Positions 42,459 to 52,615 are shown, counted from the stretch's first letter. The stretch is DNA of 64,000 nt from an uncultured delta proteobacterium (GCA_963728565.1 CAVSLC010000011.1:64001-128000); one strand, 5' to 3'. Made by a program: numbers and translations. The notes: a model not told the origin generated them from the sequence alone.

Positions 42459-43370
42459 GTGACGCTTAGAAAACCGGCCAGGTTACGGCCAGGGCACCGC
42501 ATCGGCGTTATCGCTCCGGCCGGCTGCGTTGAACAAGATGCTCTGCTTAGAGGAGTACAGGCGATTCGAGACCGGGGCTATGAAGTCGAATTAGCCTCCC
42601 GGATTCTCGACAGCAAGGGCTATCTTGCCGGAGACGAACGGAACCGGGCCGATGACCTAATCAATTTTTTTCAACGAAGCGATATAAGCGCCATCTTATG
42701 CGCTCGTGGCGGGTTTGGTTCAGCACAACTTTTGCCCTATTTGATACAGTCAAATTTTCGTCCTGCTCCGAAGATTTTTGCCGGGTATAGCGATGTTACG
42801 TTTCTGCTGAACTGGATCAATAGCCGGTTTGGCATGGTAACATTTCACGCGCCGATGGTTGCGATGGAGTTGGCGCGCGGACTTAGCGACCGTACGCAAG
42901 AGGGTTTCTGGGGCTTGTTGACGGGCGCCAAATCGGAATGGAAAATCGAGTTAGGCGAGGTCATACGCGCGGGAAAAGCCGAGAGTGAGATGATGGGGGG
43001 CTGTTTGTCAGTTTTAGTAACAACCCTCGGGACGCCTTACGAGATCAGAACCGATGGCAAACTGCTGTTTTTAGAAGACGTTGGTGAACGGCCTTACCGA
43101 ATAGAGCGAATGCTGACGCATTTGAAAATGGCCGGAAAACTCGATCACCTCGCTGGGTTGGTTTTTGGCGACTTCACCAACTGTGAAGCCGAAGGGCCTA
43201 GAAGCGTGGTGCAAATCATTGCTGAGATGTTTGCGCAGGCTCCATATCCGGTATTGATGGGCATGCCGGCCGGACACGGAAGCGAGCACATAACTCTGCC
43301 GTTCGGGGTCAAAATGATACTCGACGGAAACCGCCGATCTCTTTCGTTGGTCGAATCGCCAGTGGCTTGA
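42459..43370 (+). CDS. ldcA: LD-carboxypeptidase (peptidase S66)
   Basis: IGVIAPA, ARGGFG, GYSDVT, LEDVGE..YRIERML, GH. Confidence 0.9.
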   Translation: MTLRKPARLRPGHRIGVIAPAGCVEQDALLRGVQAIRDRGYEVELASRILDSKGYLAGDERNRADDLINFFQRSDISAILCARGGFGSAQLLPYLIQSNFRPAPKIFAGYSDVTFLLNWINSRFGMVTFHAPMVAMELARGLSDRTQEGFWGLLTGAKSEWKIELGEVIRAGKAESEMMGGCLSVLVTTLGTPYEIRTDGKLLFLEDVGERPYRIERMLTHLKMAGKLDHLAGLVFGDFTNCEAEGPRSVVQIIAEMFAQAPYPVLMGMPAGHGSEHITLPFGVKMILDGNRRSLSLVESPVA

Positions 43371-43423
43371 GATTAAAAAGCATTTCCCTAGCCGCGCCCG
43401 GCCAAAGAAAGTCGACTTATTTA

Positions 43424-44554
43424 ATGACCATCGATTTTCATGCCGTTGAGAACGCGACTGAGGAAGCAATCAAGCAGGGCGTATTTCCCGGCGCCGTACT
43501 GCTAATCGGTCGTGGAGAAGATATAATTTATGAACGAGCTTTTGGATGGCGCAGTTTGCTGCCCGATAGGACTCCTATGCGCTCATCGACGATTTTTGAC
43601 CTCGCATCCTTAACCAAACCTTTAGCGACGACGCTCGCAATCATGCTCCTGGTCGACGACAATAAAGTACGACTTGACGATCAGGTAAGTCAATTTGTGC
43701 CGATCTTTCGTCCGGTCGTAAACACCCGAACAAAAATACGCCACTTGCTAAATCATACATCCGGCCTGCCTGCCTGGAAACCCTACTATGAGGACGTGAT
43801 CCAATGCGAAATGAGTGGAAGAACCGGATTTATCGGAAGCCGGGCGGCTAAAAACTACATTCTGGAACAAGTCCACCGGGAAACCCCTTTAAGTGAGCCG
43901 GGGACCCAAGCCGTTTACAGCGACCTTGGATTCATGGTCCTCGGCGAAATAATCGAAACGATCAGCGGCTCGCAGTTGGACGCCTTCTTTCATGAGCGGA
44001 TCTCCCAGCCGTTTCAATTACGTTCGACAACTTTTCTCGGCTTGACGCAATTTGCAACATGGCGAATCCATCCTAAAGAGGATGAGTTCGCACCGACAGA
44101 ACTTTGCCCTTGGCGGAAGAAAGTTCTCTGTGCCGAAGTGCACGATGATAACGCTTTTGCAATGGGCGGGGTTGCCGGGCACGCCGGTTTGTTCTCCTCC
44201 GCGCACGACATTCATACACTTGTGGCTCGGTTGGATCGATGTCTGCGCGGTTGCGATTCATTCCTGCCGCAGCGGTTGGTGCAAGAGTTCTTTACCAAGG
44301 ATGATTCCGTACGTTTCACCCACGCATTGGGTTGGGACACTCCTTCGCCGAAAAACTCCTCAAGCGGAATGCACTTCTCGCGCAGGTCCGTCGGGCACCT
44401 TGGATTCACTGGTACCTCGCTCTGGTGGGACTTGGAGAAGAATTGTCATGTGATTCTATTGACCAATCGCGTTCACCCGAATCGAAACAATGAAAAAATC
44501 AAACAGTTTCGACCGAAGATTCACGATCTGATTATGCAGGCAATCCATCCATGA
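43424..44554 (+). CDS. Serine hydrolase, beta-lactamase family
   Basis: FDLASLTK, HTSGL, YSDLGF, VHDDNA, GHAGLFS, GHLGFTGTS, LTNRVHP. Confidence 0.9.
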   Translation: MTIDFHAVENATEEAIKQGVFPGAVLLIGRGEDIIYERAFGWRSLLPDRTPMRSSTIFDLASLTKPLATTLAIMLLVDDNKVRLDDQVSQFVPIFRPVVNTRTKIRHLLNHTSGLPAWKPYYEDVIQCEMSGRTGFIGSRAAKNYILEQVHRETPLSEPGTQAVYSDLGFMVLGEIIETISGSQLDAFFHERISQPFQLRSTTFLGLTQFATWRIHPKEDEFAPTELCPWRKKVLCAEVHDDNAFAMGGVAGHAGLFSSAHDIHTLVARLDRCLRGCDSFLPQRLVQEFFTKDDSVRFTHALGWDTPSPKNSSSGMHFSRRSVGHLGFTGTSLWWDLEKNCHVILLTNRVHPNRNNEKIKQFRPKIHDLIMQAIHP

Positions 44555-45972
44555 ACGAACTACCAGCCACAGGAAGTCACATACATTTAATAGCCATATG
44601 CGGAGTCGGGATGGCGTCACTCGCGGGTCTTCTTAAAGATCAGGGGTATCGTGTCACCGGCTCGGATCAGAATGTTTATCCGCCGATGAGCACCTATCTG
44701 GCGCAAGCCGGAATCGATGTACAAAATGGATTCAACGCGCAACATCTTGCCGATCGGCCTGACTTGGTGATTATCGGCAACGCTGTTTCGCGCGGCAATC
44801 CTGAAGCAGAAGCTGTTCTGGACGGCAAGATCCCCTATCTGTCATTCCCGCAAGCTCTCGGAAAATTCTTGATTGGCGCGCGCCAGTCTATCGTTGTCAC
44901 TGGCACACACGGCAAAACGACCACGACGGCTTTGGCGGCTTGGGTGCTTAAATGCGCCGGCAGTAATCCGGGGTTTTTTGTCGGCGGCGTGCCGCTTAAT
45001 TTTGGCAGCGGCTGGGATCCAGGTGAGAGCGACCAGGTGGTTCTGGAGGGCGACGAGTACGACAGCGCCTTCTTTGATAAAGGCCCCAAGTTTCTCCACT
45101 ATCGCCCGCAAAGCGTTATCCTTACCAGCGTAGAATTTGATCACGCAGACATCTATCGCGATTTGGATCACCTGAAGGAAGCTTTTCGATCTCTGGCTCG
45201 GCTCATTCCCGCCAGCGGGATGCTAGTTGCCTGCTACGATTATCCTGCAGCGCGAGAAGTCGTGAAAGCCGGTTCCTGCCGGATCGTATCATATGGCGAT
45301 GACGAAGATTGTGATTGGACGGTGCGCACCATCCGAACCGAAGGGCGTCGGAGTTACTTTGATCCCTGCTTTAGAAAAATAAGTGAGGGCACGGTTGAGC
45401 TCGGCGCCATCGGCCGGCATAACGTGAAGAATGCCTTGGGTGTCTATGTTTTGGCCCGAGAATTAGGAATGGACCGGAGCAAACTGCTCGAGGGCTTCGC
45501 CTCTTTTTCCGGCGTCAAACGGAGGCAGGAGTTTAAAGGCGAGAGTCGCGGCGTTTTAGTCATAGACGACTTCGCGCATCACCCGACCGCGGTTGCGGAA
45601 ACCATCAAAGCCGTGAAGGACGCCTTCGCCGGGCGACGAGTGTGGGCGGTTTTCGAACCACGGAGCAACACCAGCCGGCGCAACATCTTCGAGCGGGAGT
45701 TTGCACTGTCATTGTCCCTGGCGGACCGGGTTGTCGTTTCCGGCCTTCATCAGCCAGAGAAGATTCCCGAAGCAGACCGATTATCGGTGGAGCGTGTTGT
45801 CGAGTCAATCAATCGATCCGCCGGGCACGAGCAGGGGATAGTAATCAACGGCGCGGATAACATTGCCGCTCACGTCGCGGCCCATGCCAGCGCGGGCGAT
45901 ATCATACTGGTGATGTCAAACGGCGCGTTTGACGGGGTGCAGGACAAAATTTTATCGCGGCTAGCCAGTTAG
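44551..45972 (+). CDS. mpl: UDP-N-acetylmuramate:tripeptide ligase (murein peptide ligase)
   Basis: YPPMST, GTHGKTTT, EGDEYDSAFFDK, EFDHADIY, DDFAHHPTA, EPRSNT, MSNG.F. Confidence 0.93.
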   Translation: MNELPATGSHIHLIAICGVGMASLAGLLKDQGYRVTGSDQNVYPPMSTYLAQAGIDVQNGFNAQHLADRPDLVIIGNAVSRGNPEAEAVLDGKIPYLSFPQALGKFLIGARQSIVVTGTHGKTTTTALAAWVLKCAGSNPGFFVGGVPLNFGSGWDPGESDQVVLEGDEYDSAFFDKGPKFLHYRPQSVILTSVEFDHADIYRDLDHLKEAFRSLARLIPASGMLVACYDYPAAREVVKAGSCRIVSYGDDEDCDWTVRTIRTEGRRSYFDPCFRKISEGTVELGAIGRHNVKNALGVYVLARELGMDRSKLLEGFASFSGVKRRQEFKGESRGVLVIDDFAHHPTAVAETIKAVKDAFAGRRVWAVFEPRSNTSRRNIFEREFALSLSLADRVVVSGLHQPEKIPEADRLSVERVVESINRSAGHEQGIVINGADNIAAHVAAHASAGDIILVMSNGAFDGVQDKILSRLAS

Positions 45973-46233
45973 ATGCAATGCAGCGCATTTCTCACTACAG
46001 TAGTAATTTCCTTTTCGTAGTAACGCCTCGCTCTTTGGAACATAGCTTTGGCATTGCGGATCCAACACCATCTCTTCTCCCTTAGGTTTGGCCAAGTTTG
46101 GGTTGCGCGTAGAGCTCTTGCGGGCGACCCAATAGGCTCGCATGGCGGTAATGACAATCCACGCGGCCACGACAAATAGAAGCAAGCGAAGTAACACTGC
46201 GGTTTGTCTAACAGGCCCCGGCTCCACTCTCAA
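45961..46233 (-). CDS. Small membrane protein with C-terminal YHS/TRASH-like Cys motif (PP0621-like)
   Basis: TM helix, then EEMVLDPQCQSYVP...YYCSEKC. Confidence 0.7.
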   Translation of the reverse strand: MRVEPGPVRQTAVLLRLLLFVVAAWIVITAMRAYWVARKSSTRNPNLAKPKGEEMVLDPQCQSYVPKSEALLRKGNYYCSEKCAALHLTG

Positions 46234-46733
46234 GGGTGAAAAAGATGGATTTTTTTGTCGTCTTTGACATTGACAAGTAGCTCTGAGATCGTGACCCCGA
46301 GCTCGGGGTGAATTACTTGAGGGGCGATTTCACTGAGCGGTATCAAAACGAATTTTCGGTTCGGCATCTCGGGGTGGGGTATGTGCAAGTTCTTTTTCTT
46401 CATCACCAATCCATCGTAGAGCAAGATATCCAAATCGATGATGCGAGCGCCCCAGCGTTTCCTGACCTTCTTCCGTCCCATGGCCCGTTCAATGTTTTTG
46501 AATTTGTTGAGCAGCATCTCGGGTTTGAATTTAGTTTCTATTTCGATGGCGCCGTTAACATACCAATCTGTGGAATCTCCCAAGGGCTCACTTTCATAAA
46601 GAGAAGATTCCTTCAGGATTTTCGTATCGGGAAGCTTCGCTAGCCGGTCCAGCGCCTCGAGAAAGTTGTCTTTCTTCTTGCCGAGGTTGGAGCCGATCCC
46701 GATGTAGACCTGATGAGCGACCGCAGTTGCCAT
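46230..46733 (-). CDS. folK: 2-amino-4-hydroxy-6-hydroxymethyldihydropteridine diphosphokinase
   Basis: YIGIGSNLG, SSLYESEP, WGARIIDLDIL, IPHP..R.FVL.PL. Confidence 0.95.
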   Translation of the reverse strand: MATAVAHQVYIGIGSNLGKKKDNFLEALDRLAKLPDTKILKESSLYESEPLGDSTDWYVNGAIEIETKFKPEMLLNKFKNIERAMGRKKVRKRWGARIIDLDILLYDGLVMKKKNLHIPHPEMPNRKFVLIPLSEIAPQVIHPELGVTISELLVNVKDDKKIHLFHP

Positions 46734-46753
46734 GATCCCTTGGTGGAACAATC

Positions 46754-47926
46754 CTAAAGATTCACCTGCCGGATTCTTTCCGCGACCTCCTTCAAACGTT
46801 GCTGATCGACACATACCGTAAAGCGGACATAACCCTCACCAGCATCGCCAAAGCCGTTTCCGGGAGTGGTTACGACGGCCGCTTCGTCCAGTAGCTTGGC
46901 CGTAAATTCAGCGGAAGAGACACCCTTCGGAGTAGTCACCCAGACGTAGAAGGTCGCGCGAGGTTTTTCGCAGTCCAATCCTACCGCGCGCAGTCCAGAA
47001 ACGAGTATGTCGCGCCGCTCTTGGTAAATTTTCCTGGAGGGCTCGATGATGCTGTCGCCCAGTTTCAACGCCTCGATACCGGCTTCTTGGATCGCCTGAA
47101 AAATACCTGAGTCCAGATTGGACTTCGCTTGTGCCAACCCGCTGACGATGTCGGCGTTACCGACCGCCATACCGATGCGCCATCCGGTCATATTGAAAGT
47201 CTTTGACAATGAGTGGAATTCAATACCGACCTCTTTGGCCCCGTCGACTTCGAGAAAACTCATCGGCCGATATCCGTCGAAACCCATTTCCGTGTATGCA
47301 GCATCGTGGCAGACGATGACGTCGTTCTTGGTGGCGAAATCGATGACTCTTTTATAGAAATCCCGGTCGGCGACCGCCGCAGTGGGATTGTTGGGATAGT
47401 TGATCCAAAGGAGTTTGGCCTGTTTGGCGATGTCATCGGGGATGGAATCCAAGTCGGGTAGAAACTGGTTCTCTTTTTTCAGCGGCAAAAAGTAGTTTCG
47501 GCCGCCGCTAAACGCTGTGCCAATATGGTAGACCGGATAACAGGGACTGGCCACTAGGACAATGTCGCCGGGATCGACGTAGGCTACAGCCATGTTTCCG
47601 ATCCCCTCTTTGGAGCCTATGAGTGATACGACCTCTTTCCCGGCATCCAGCTTTACACCGAAGCGCCGCTGATACCAATTCGCCACTGCTTGACGAAACT
47701 CAGACAAACCTGAACTATTCGGATAACGATGGTTTACCGGAACAGTGGCCCTTTCGATCAGCTTCTCGACAACCGCCGCCGGAGTGGGGATGTCTGGATC
47801 CCCGATGCCTAAGTCGATTAGGTCGACGCCCCGGGCTAGCGCCTCACGTTTTCGCCGGTCGATTTCGGCAAACAGATAAGGCGGTAAATCGTTGATTCGC
47901 TTTGCTTTTTTAATCAAAATGGGCAA
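46754..47926 (-). CDS. dapL: LL-diaminopimelate aminotransferase
   Basis: LPPYLFA, GIGDPD, LIGSKEG, NYPNNPT, SLSKTFNMTGWR; TTG start with GGAGG RBS. Confidence 0.88.
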   Translation of the reverse strand: MPILIKKAKRINDLPPYLFAEIDRRKREALARGVDLIDLGIGDPDIPTPAAVVEKLIERATVPVNHRYPNSSGLSEFRQAVANWYQRRFGVKLDAGKEVVSLIGSKEGIGNMAVAYVDPGDIVLVASPCYPVYHIGTAFSGGRNYFLPLKKENQFLPDLDSIPDDIAKQAKLLWINYPNNPTAAVADRDFYKRVIDFATKNDVIVCHDAAYTEMGFDGYRPMSFLEVDGAKEVGIEFHSLSKTFNMTGWRIGMAVGNADIVSGLAQAKSNLDSGIFQAIQEAGIEALKLGDSIIEPSRKIYQERRDILVSGLRAVGLDCEKPRATFYVWVTTPKGVSSAEFTAKLLDEAAVVTTPGNGFGDAGEGYVRFTVCVDQQRLKEVAERIRQVNL

Positions 47927-48032
47927 CTTCCGTAATCCTCCATGGTAAAATCGCACTGGTTTTACCTGGTTTTTCCAATTTTGACAACCATTTCGAAAAT
48001 CCTCTAATCGTAAGTGTAGTAGGGTTATTTCC

Positions 48033-48521
48033 ATGAACATCATCGTCGACGGATACAATCTGATCGGTAGCGAGCGCGGTTTAAGAGGTGACCTCGAGCA
48101 CCAAAGAAACTGGCTGCTTCAACGCCTTTCGGTTTACCAACAAGTTCGGGGTCATACCGTCGTTGTGGTGTTCGATGGCTGGAAAGCGGGCTTGATGGAC
48201 GAGGTCTCGGAAAATAGACACGGACTCCGAATTGTTTTTTCGCGGCAAGGAGAGAAGGCCGACAGCGTCATCGTGCGGCTGGCGCGAGCAAAAGGAAGCG
48301 GATGTGTTGTAGTTACTTCCGATCGTGAGGTGCGGAGGGCGGTGGAAAAGTTCGGCGCAGCCGCAGTTTATGCAGATGAGTTCAGCCGAATCCTGCGCAA
48401 TCTGGAATTAATCGCAGATGGCGGCAGCCACGAAGGCGAGCGCCGACCGAACAAGAAGGGAAACCCAAAGCGGCTTGGCAAAACCGAACGACAACGTCAA
48501 GGAATACTGAAAAAACTCTAA
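48033..48521 (+). CDS. NYN/PIN domain ribonuclease, YacP/Rae1-like
   Basis: IVDGYNL, VVFDG, ADSVI, VVTSDREV acidic motifs. Confidence 0.85.
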   Translation: MNIIVDGYNLIGSERGLRGDLEHQRNWLLQRLSVYQQVRGHTVVVVFDGWKAGLMDEVSENRHGLRIVFSRQGEKADSVIVRLARAKGSGCVVVTSDREVRRAVEKFGAAAVYADEFSRILRNLELIADGGSHEGERRPNKKGNPKRLGKTERQRQGILKKL

Positions 48522-48544
48522 GTTCCGACCTGTGACGCAGCAAA

Positions 48545-49261
48545 TCAACGCGTGGTTGTTTTCGTCCTTTCTAAGCGATTGAGCGCGCCGTTGCGGAATA
48601 TCAGCAGGGTGCCGTCCGGATAAAACCAATGCTCCTCGCTTGTATGTTGCGGACCTTTAATGCGACTTACCCGTCGGGGATCACCAACAACTCTTTTGAC
48701 CTCACCTACGGTCATCCCAGGCACGGCTTGACCTTTGATGGCCGATTCCTTTACAGCTGCCGACCAAGGCTGACTCTGGATCCATTCTATTCGAGCCTTT
48801 TCCGCTTGGTTCTTTTCCTCCAAAGCCTTTTTTTCGTCAGCTAGCGGATCCGTCGTGAGGATTGTGGCGTTAAACTGTTCGTGAAAAGCTTGCGCATGAA
48901 TGTATCCCTCCGCTCCTGATTCGAACTTTACTTTGTAATAAGGATTTCTAGCTTTTCGCCCGACCAGTTCAGTAATTTCAAAGGATTCGTTGACTCCCGG
49001 ATGGAATGCCGATGCATTAGAAGTCGGAGATCTCACGAAGGACGGGAGCTTTCCTTCGACCGCCGATATCCAGAAGATTTTGCCGACTCGCGCCTCCAGC
49101 GCATCAATCTGCTTTTCCGTATAGTGGTTCGATGCTGCTGCAGGTGTGGCAAGAATCAGCAAAATCCATATGGCAAAAGCGGTGACCCTATAACCTATAG
49201 AAAGCAAGCGTTCAATCCGATTGAGATAGCGGGAAGTTAGATCCCGAATGAGCTTGTGCAT
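48545..49261 (-). CDS. Hypothetical exported protein
   Basis: Hydrophobic signal segment; C-terminal GMT..EV...GDP....E.W.Y resembling SmpA/OmlA-like modules. Confidence 0.6.
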   Translation of the reverse strand: MHKLIRDLTSRYLNRIERLLSIGYRVTAFAIWILLILATPAAASNHYTEKQIDALEARVGKIFWISAVEGKLPSFVRSPTSNASAFHPGVNESFEITELVGRKARNPYYKVKFESGAEGYIHAQAFHEQFNATILTTDPLADEKKALEEKNQAEKARIEWIQSQPWSAAVKESAIKGQAVPGMTVGEVKRVVGDPRRVSRIKGPQHTSEEHWFYPDGTLLIFRNGALNRLERTKTTTR

Positions 49262-49286
49262 CAGGCTTCGCCGCTTATTTTGAATG

Positions 49287-49313
49287 AAAAAAGGAGGCTC
49301 ATGGAGCCTCCTT
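49287..49313 (-). terminator. Rho-independent terminator after the tRNA
   Basis: AAGGAGGCTC-cat-GAGCCTCCTT followed by TTTT on the minus strand. Confidence 0.8.
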
Positions 49314-49316
49314 GCA

Positions 49317-49393
49317 TGGTTGCGGGGCCGGGATTTGAACCCGGGACCTCAAGGTTATGAGCCTTGCGAGCTGCCAGACTGCTCCACCCCGCG
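49317..49393 (-). tRNA. tRNA-Met(CAT), initiator type
   Basis: CGCGGGGTGGAGCAGTCTGGCAGCTCGCAAGGCTCATAACCTTGAGGTCCCGGGTTCAAATCCCGGCCCCGCAACCA; C1:A72 mismatch, CAT anticodon, encoded CCA. Confidence 0.97.
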
Positions 49394-49413
49394 ATAAATG
49401 GTATCGGATATTG

Positions 49414-49442
49414 GTTGTACCTTGCGATTTCCGAGGAGTCAA
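49414..49442 (-). promoter_or_regulatory. sigma70-type promoter for tRNA-fMet
   Basis: TTGACT-17 nt-TACAAC. Confidence 0.5.
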
Positions 49443-49456
49443 GGTAGGCATTGCTT

Positions 49457-49882
49457 ATGAGTGAAAAACCTCGAACCCCATTGACGACGGTGGATACAAT
49501 CATCGAAATCTCCAGCGGCGGAATTGTCTTGGTTGAAAGAAAAAATCCGCCGCACGGCTGGGCGCTGCCCGGTGGCTTTGTCGATTATGGAGAGTCTCTG
49601 GAAGTTGCCGCGGTGCGGGAAGCCAAAGAAGAGACTTGCCTTGATATCACTCTCGTCGAGCAGTTCTACACTTACTCCGATCCGCAAAGGGATCCGCGAC
49701 ATCACACGGCCTCAACTGTCTACTTGGCGATCGCCGACGGGGTCCCACAGGGAGAGGACGATGCTCAAGATGCCAAAGTATTCATGGAAAACGAGCTTCC
49801 TAGTCCGATAGTTTTCGATCATTCAAAGATTTTGGCGGATTATTTCAGATTTAAAAAGACCGGAAAGCGGCCCAAACCCTAA
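49457..49882 (+). CDS. NUDIX hydrolase
   Basis: [26 protein letters not shown] Nudix box; RDPR, GEDDA, FDH. Confidence 0.92.
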   Translation: MSEKPRTPLTTVDTIIEISSGGIVLVERKNPPHGWALPGGFVDYGESLEVAAVREAKEETCLDITLVEQFYTYSDPQRDPRHHTASTVYLAIADGVPQGEDDAQDAKVFMENELPSPIVFDHSKILADYFRFKKTGKRPKP

Positions 49883-49897
49883 ATAGCCGCTGGTGCG

Positions 49898-51094
49898 CTA
49901 ATGAATCTTCGCGAACGCGTCGCGCATGCGCCGGCATCCCTGTTCAACGTTCTCCAAGGACGTCGCATACGATAATCGAATGTGCGCGTTGGAGCCGAAA
50001 TCTTCGCCTGGAACCACGGCGACTTTCGCTTCTTCAAGCAGATAATCTGCGATATCGCATGGCGAAGTCAGGCTTTTACCGTTCACATTCTTGCCGATGA
50101 AAGCAGCGATATTCGGAAAAACATAAAAGGCGCCTTGCGGCTTGAGGCATTGTACGCCGCTGATGGCATTAAGGCGCTCGACCACAACATTTCGCCGTTT
50201 CGCAAATTCGCCGACCATCATCGCCACATCTTCCTGCGGACCCTGGATCGCCTCGAGAGCAGCGGCTTGAGCTATGGAGGTCGGGTTTGATGTGCTCTGG
50301 CTCTGAATCTTGGCCGCAGCGTCAATGATATCAGCCGGACCAAGCGCGTAACCGATGCGCCAACCGGTCATGGCATAGCTTTTTGATACTCCGTTTACGA
50401 TAACAATTCGGTCGCGCAACGATGGCGCCAGCGTGGCAAGGTTTCGGATGGTGAACCCATCGTAAACGATTTTATCGTAGATATCGTCGGTAACAATGAG
50501 ACAATTGTGTCTCTCGAGAACCTTTGCAATGGCCATCAGTTCAGTCTCTTCGTAGCTCGCCCCAGTGGGATTGCTGGGACTGTTCAGAACGAAGATTCGT
50601 GTACGCGAAGAAAGTGCTTTGGCGAGTTGTTCCGCGCCGATGCGAAATTGGGTCGCCTCGCTGGTCTGAATGATCTTGGGCACACCGCCCGCCAGCAGTG
50701 CCATATCCGCGTAACTCACCCAATAAGGTGCAGGAACAAGAATCTCATCGCCGGGATTCACTACTGCTTGGAAAAGATTATAGAGGGAGTGTTTGGCGCC
50801 GCAGCTAACCAATATTTCGCTCATTTGATATCGGAGCCCGTAGTCGCTCAGGTATTTTTGCGCAATGGCTTGCCGCAGCGGTTCAATGCCTCTGACATCG
50901 GTATACTTGGTCATTCCTTTTTTTAGAGCTTCGATAGCAGCCGCTTTGATTCTATCAGGAGTATCAAAGTCCGGCTCTCCGGCGGAGAAATTGATCACAT
51001 CGATGCCTTGGGATCGAAGTTTTCCTGCTTTTGCGGCGATTGCCAAAGTCACCGAGGGTTTGATGAGTAGAGTTCTTTCTGCCAGCGTAGTCAT
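49898..51094 (-). CDS. aspC: PLP-dependent class I aminotransferase (aspartate aminotransferase type)
   Basis: GEPDFDTP, PYWVSY, NSPSNPTG, SKSYAMTGWRIG, RLSYATS. Confidence 0.88.
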   Translation of the reverse strand: MTTLAERTLLIKPSVTLAIAAKAGKLRSQGIDVINFSAGEPDFDTPDRIKAAAIEALKKGMTKYTDVRGIEPLRQAIAQKYLSDYGLRYQMSEILVSCGAKHSLYNLFQAVVNPGDEILVPAPYWVSYADMALLAGGVPKIIQTSEATQFRIGAEQLAKALSSRTRIFVLNSPSNPTGASYEETELMAIAKVLERHNCLIVTDDIYDKIVYDGFTIRNLATLAPSLRDRIVIVNGVSKSYAMTGWRIGYALGPADIIDAAAKIQSQSTSNPTSIAQAAALEAIQGPQEDVAMMVGEFAKRRNVVVERLNAISGVQCLKPQGAFYVFPNIAAFIGKNVNGKSLTSPCDIADYLLEEAKVAVVPGEDFGSNAHIRLSYATSLENVEQGCRRMRDAFAKIH

Positions 51095-51592
51095 CTACTT
51101 TTCCTGCCTAAACTTCCAGTTGAGGTTCTTAAGAACATTATCAGGAACTAGTCCTTCGACGTTGCCGCCCAAACTGACGACTTCCTTGACCAGGCGTGAG
51201 CTGATGTAGAACTCGGATTCGCCGGTCATCATGAAGAATGTTTCCACGTTGGGTTTGAGTCGGTGATTCATCATAGCCATCTGGAACTCGTATTCAAAAT
51301 CCGATACCGCCCGCAACCCTCGGATAATGACCGGAGCTTGCTTGCGTTCAGCATAATCCACCAGCAGCTTTTGGAAAGAATCCGCCTCTACGCGATCCTT
51401 TAGAGTTTCGAAGACTCCACGGATCATCTCCAAACGTTCTTCAACCGAGAAAAGGGAAGTATCCTTACCCGCGTTAGTGGCAATAGCGACTACTACTTTG
51501 TCGAAGACGCGCAGGGCGCGCTTGACGAGGTCGACGTGGCCGTTGGTGATCGGATCGAATGATCCAGGATAGATTGCAGTGTTTTGTGTCAT
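51095..51592 (-). CDS. coaD: Phosphopantetheine adenylyltransferase
   Basis: YPGSFDPITNGH, RGLRAVSDFEYE, ISS. Confidence 0.97.
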   Translation of the reverse strand: MTQNTAIYPGSFDPITNGHVDLVKRALRVFDKVVVAIATNAGKDTSLFSVEERLEMIRGVFETLKDRVEADSFQKLLVDYAERKQAPVIIRGLRAVSDFEYEFQMAMMNHRLKPNVETFFMMTGESEFYISSRLVKEVVSLGGNVEGLVPDNVLKNLNWKFRQEK

Positions 51593-51609
51593 CTCCTAGG
51601 TGCCCCTAT

Positions 51610-52179
51610 TCAGCTGAGATCCTTGGACGCTTTATGTTCAAAGAAGGAGAGCCAAGTGTCGCCGTAGTTTCGCTGATCTTTCAAAATCAGCGAGCCATAT
51701 TCCGCCTCGGGTTGTTCGCGGGCACTGTGTTCCACCACCAATGTTCCGGACGCCCGCAACAGGTTTCCGCGCGCGATCGCCTCTAGAGAGGCTCGAACCC
51801 AGTTGCGTTGGTAGGGCGGGTCGAGAAAAATCATATCGAAGGATTCCCCGCGCCGCGCCAGCGAGTGTAAGGCTCGGGAGACTGGCGCAATCCGAACACT
51901 AGCACGATCCGCGAAACCTAGTCTGCGGAGATTCTCGCGGATCACCTTACCAGATTTGTCCGACGAGTCTATCAAAATTGCTTCCGCAGCTCCGCGGCTG
52001 ATGGCTTCGATGCTGACGTTTCCCGTACCCGAGAAGAGATCCAAAAGTTTGATGCCGGAGAGATCGTGAGGCAGGATGTTAAACAGCGATTCCTTCACCC
52101 GATCCGATGTCGGACGCACGGCTTGTCCCTTCGGTACTTTCAGACGCCTCCCTCTTGCTTTTCCGCCTATGACTCGCAT
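51610..52179 (-). CDS. rsmD: 16S rRNA m2G966 methyltransferase
   Basis: MRVIGG, RPTSDRVKESLFN, DLFSGTG, EAISRGA, DPPY; adjacent to coaD. Confidence 0.95.
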   Translation of the reverse strand: MRVIGGKARGRRLKVPKGQAVRPTSDRVKESLFNILPHDLSGIKLLDLFSGTGNVSIEAISRGAAEAILIDSSDKSGKVIRENLRRLGFADRASVRIAPVSRALHSLARRGESFDMIFLDPPYQRNWVRASLEAIARGNLLRASGTLVVEHSAREQPEAEYGSLILKDQRNYGDTWLSFFEHKASKDLS

Positions 52180-52615
52180 CCTGGATCAGCGCTTCTCTCT
52201 CGGCCATCTATCTTTGCCATCGTGCGACTTATCACCATGCACAAGATGATTTTGCCGAAGCCAACGTCAAAGTTTGTAACACGAATGGCCGGGCGACCAC
52301 TGTCCTGGCGCGATCCGCGGCCGAATACCATGCGCAAGGCTAATCTCAAAGGATTCGCTGCAGTTATAGATACCGTTCAAATTCAATTGACCAAGCGTAG
52401 TGGAGATCTAGCATAACGACTCGCTCATAGTATCGGCGGTCGCCATCGGCTTCGTAGCAAAGCAGGTCCATGATGCCATGGGCGTTGAACTAAACTGCTT
52501 TCACAAACCTCGAACAGCTTCTTGTTCGCTAGGAGGTATCTGAATGGTTAAAGCAACCACCGAGTTCGATAGCAGTGTCGCTGGAATCGGGCCTTCGCCT
52601 TCGCTGAAGCTTATG

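Noticed and set aside
48545-49393. Possible tRNA-targeted genomic island
   Set aside because: No integrase and no duplicated tRNA 3' end (att site) seen in the window.
52180-52615. Short minus-strand frame MDLLCYEADGDRRYYERVVMLDLHYAWSIEFERYL and other ORFs in this gap
   Set aside because: No RBS or recognisable motif; possibly a gene remnant but unsupported.
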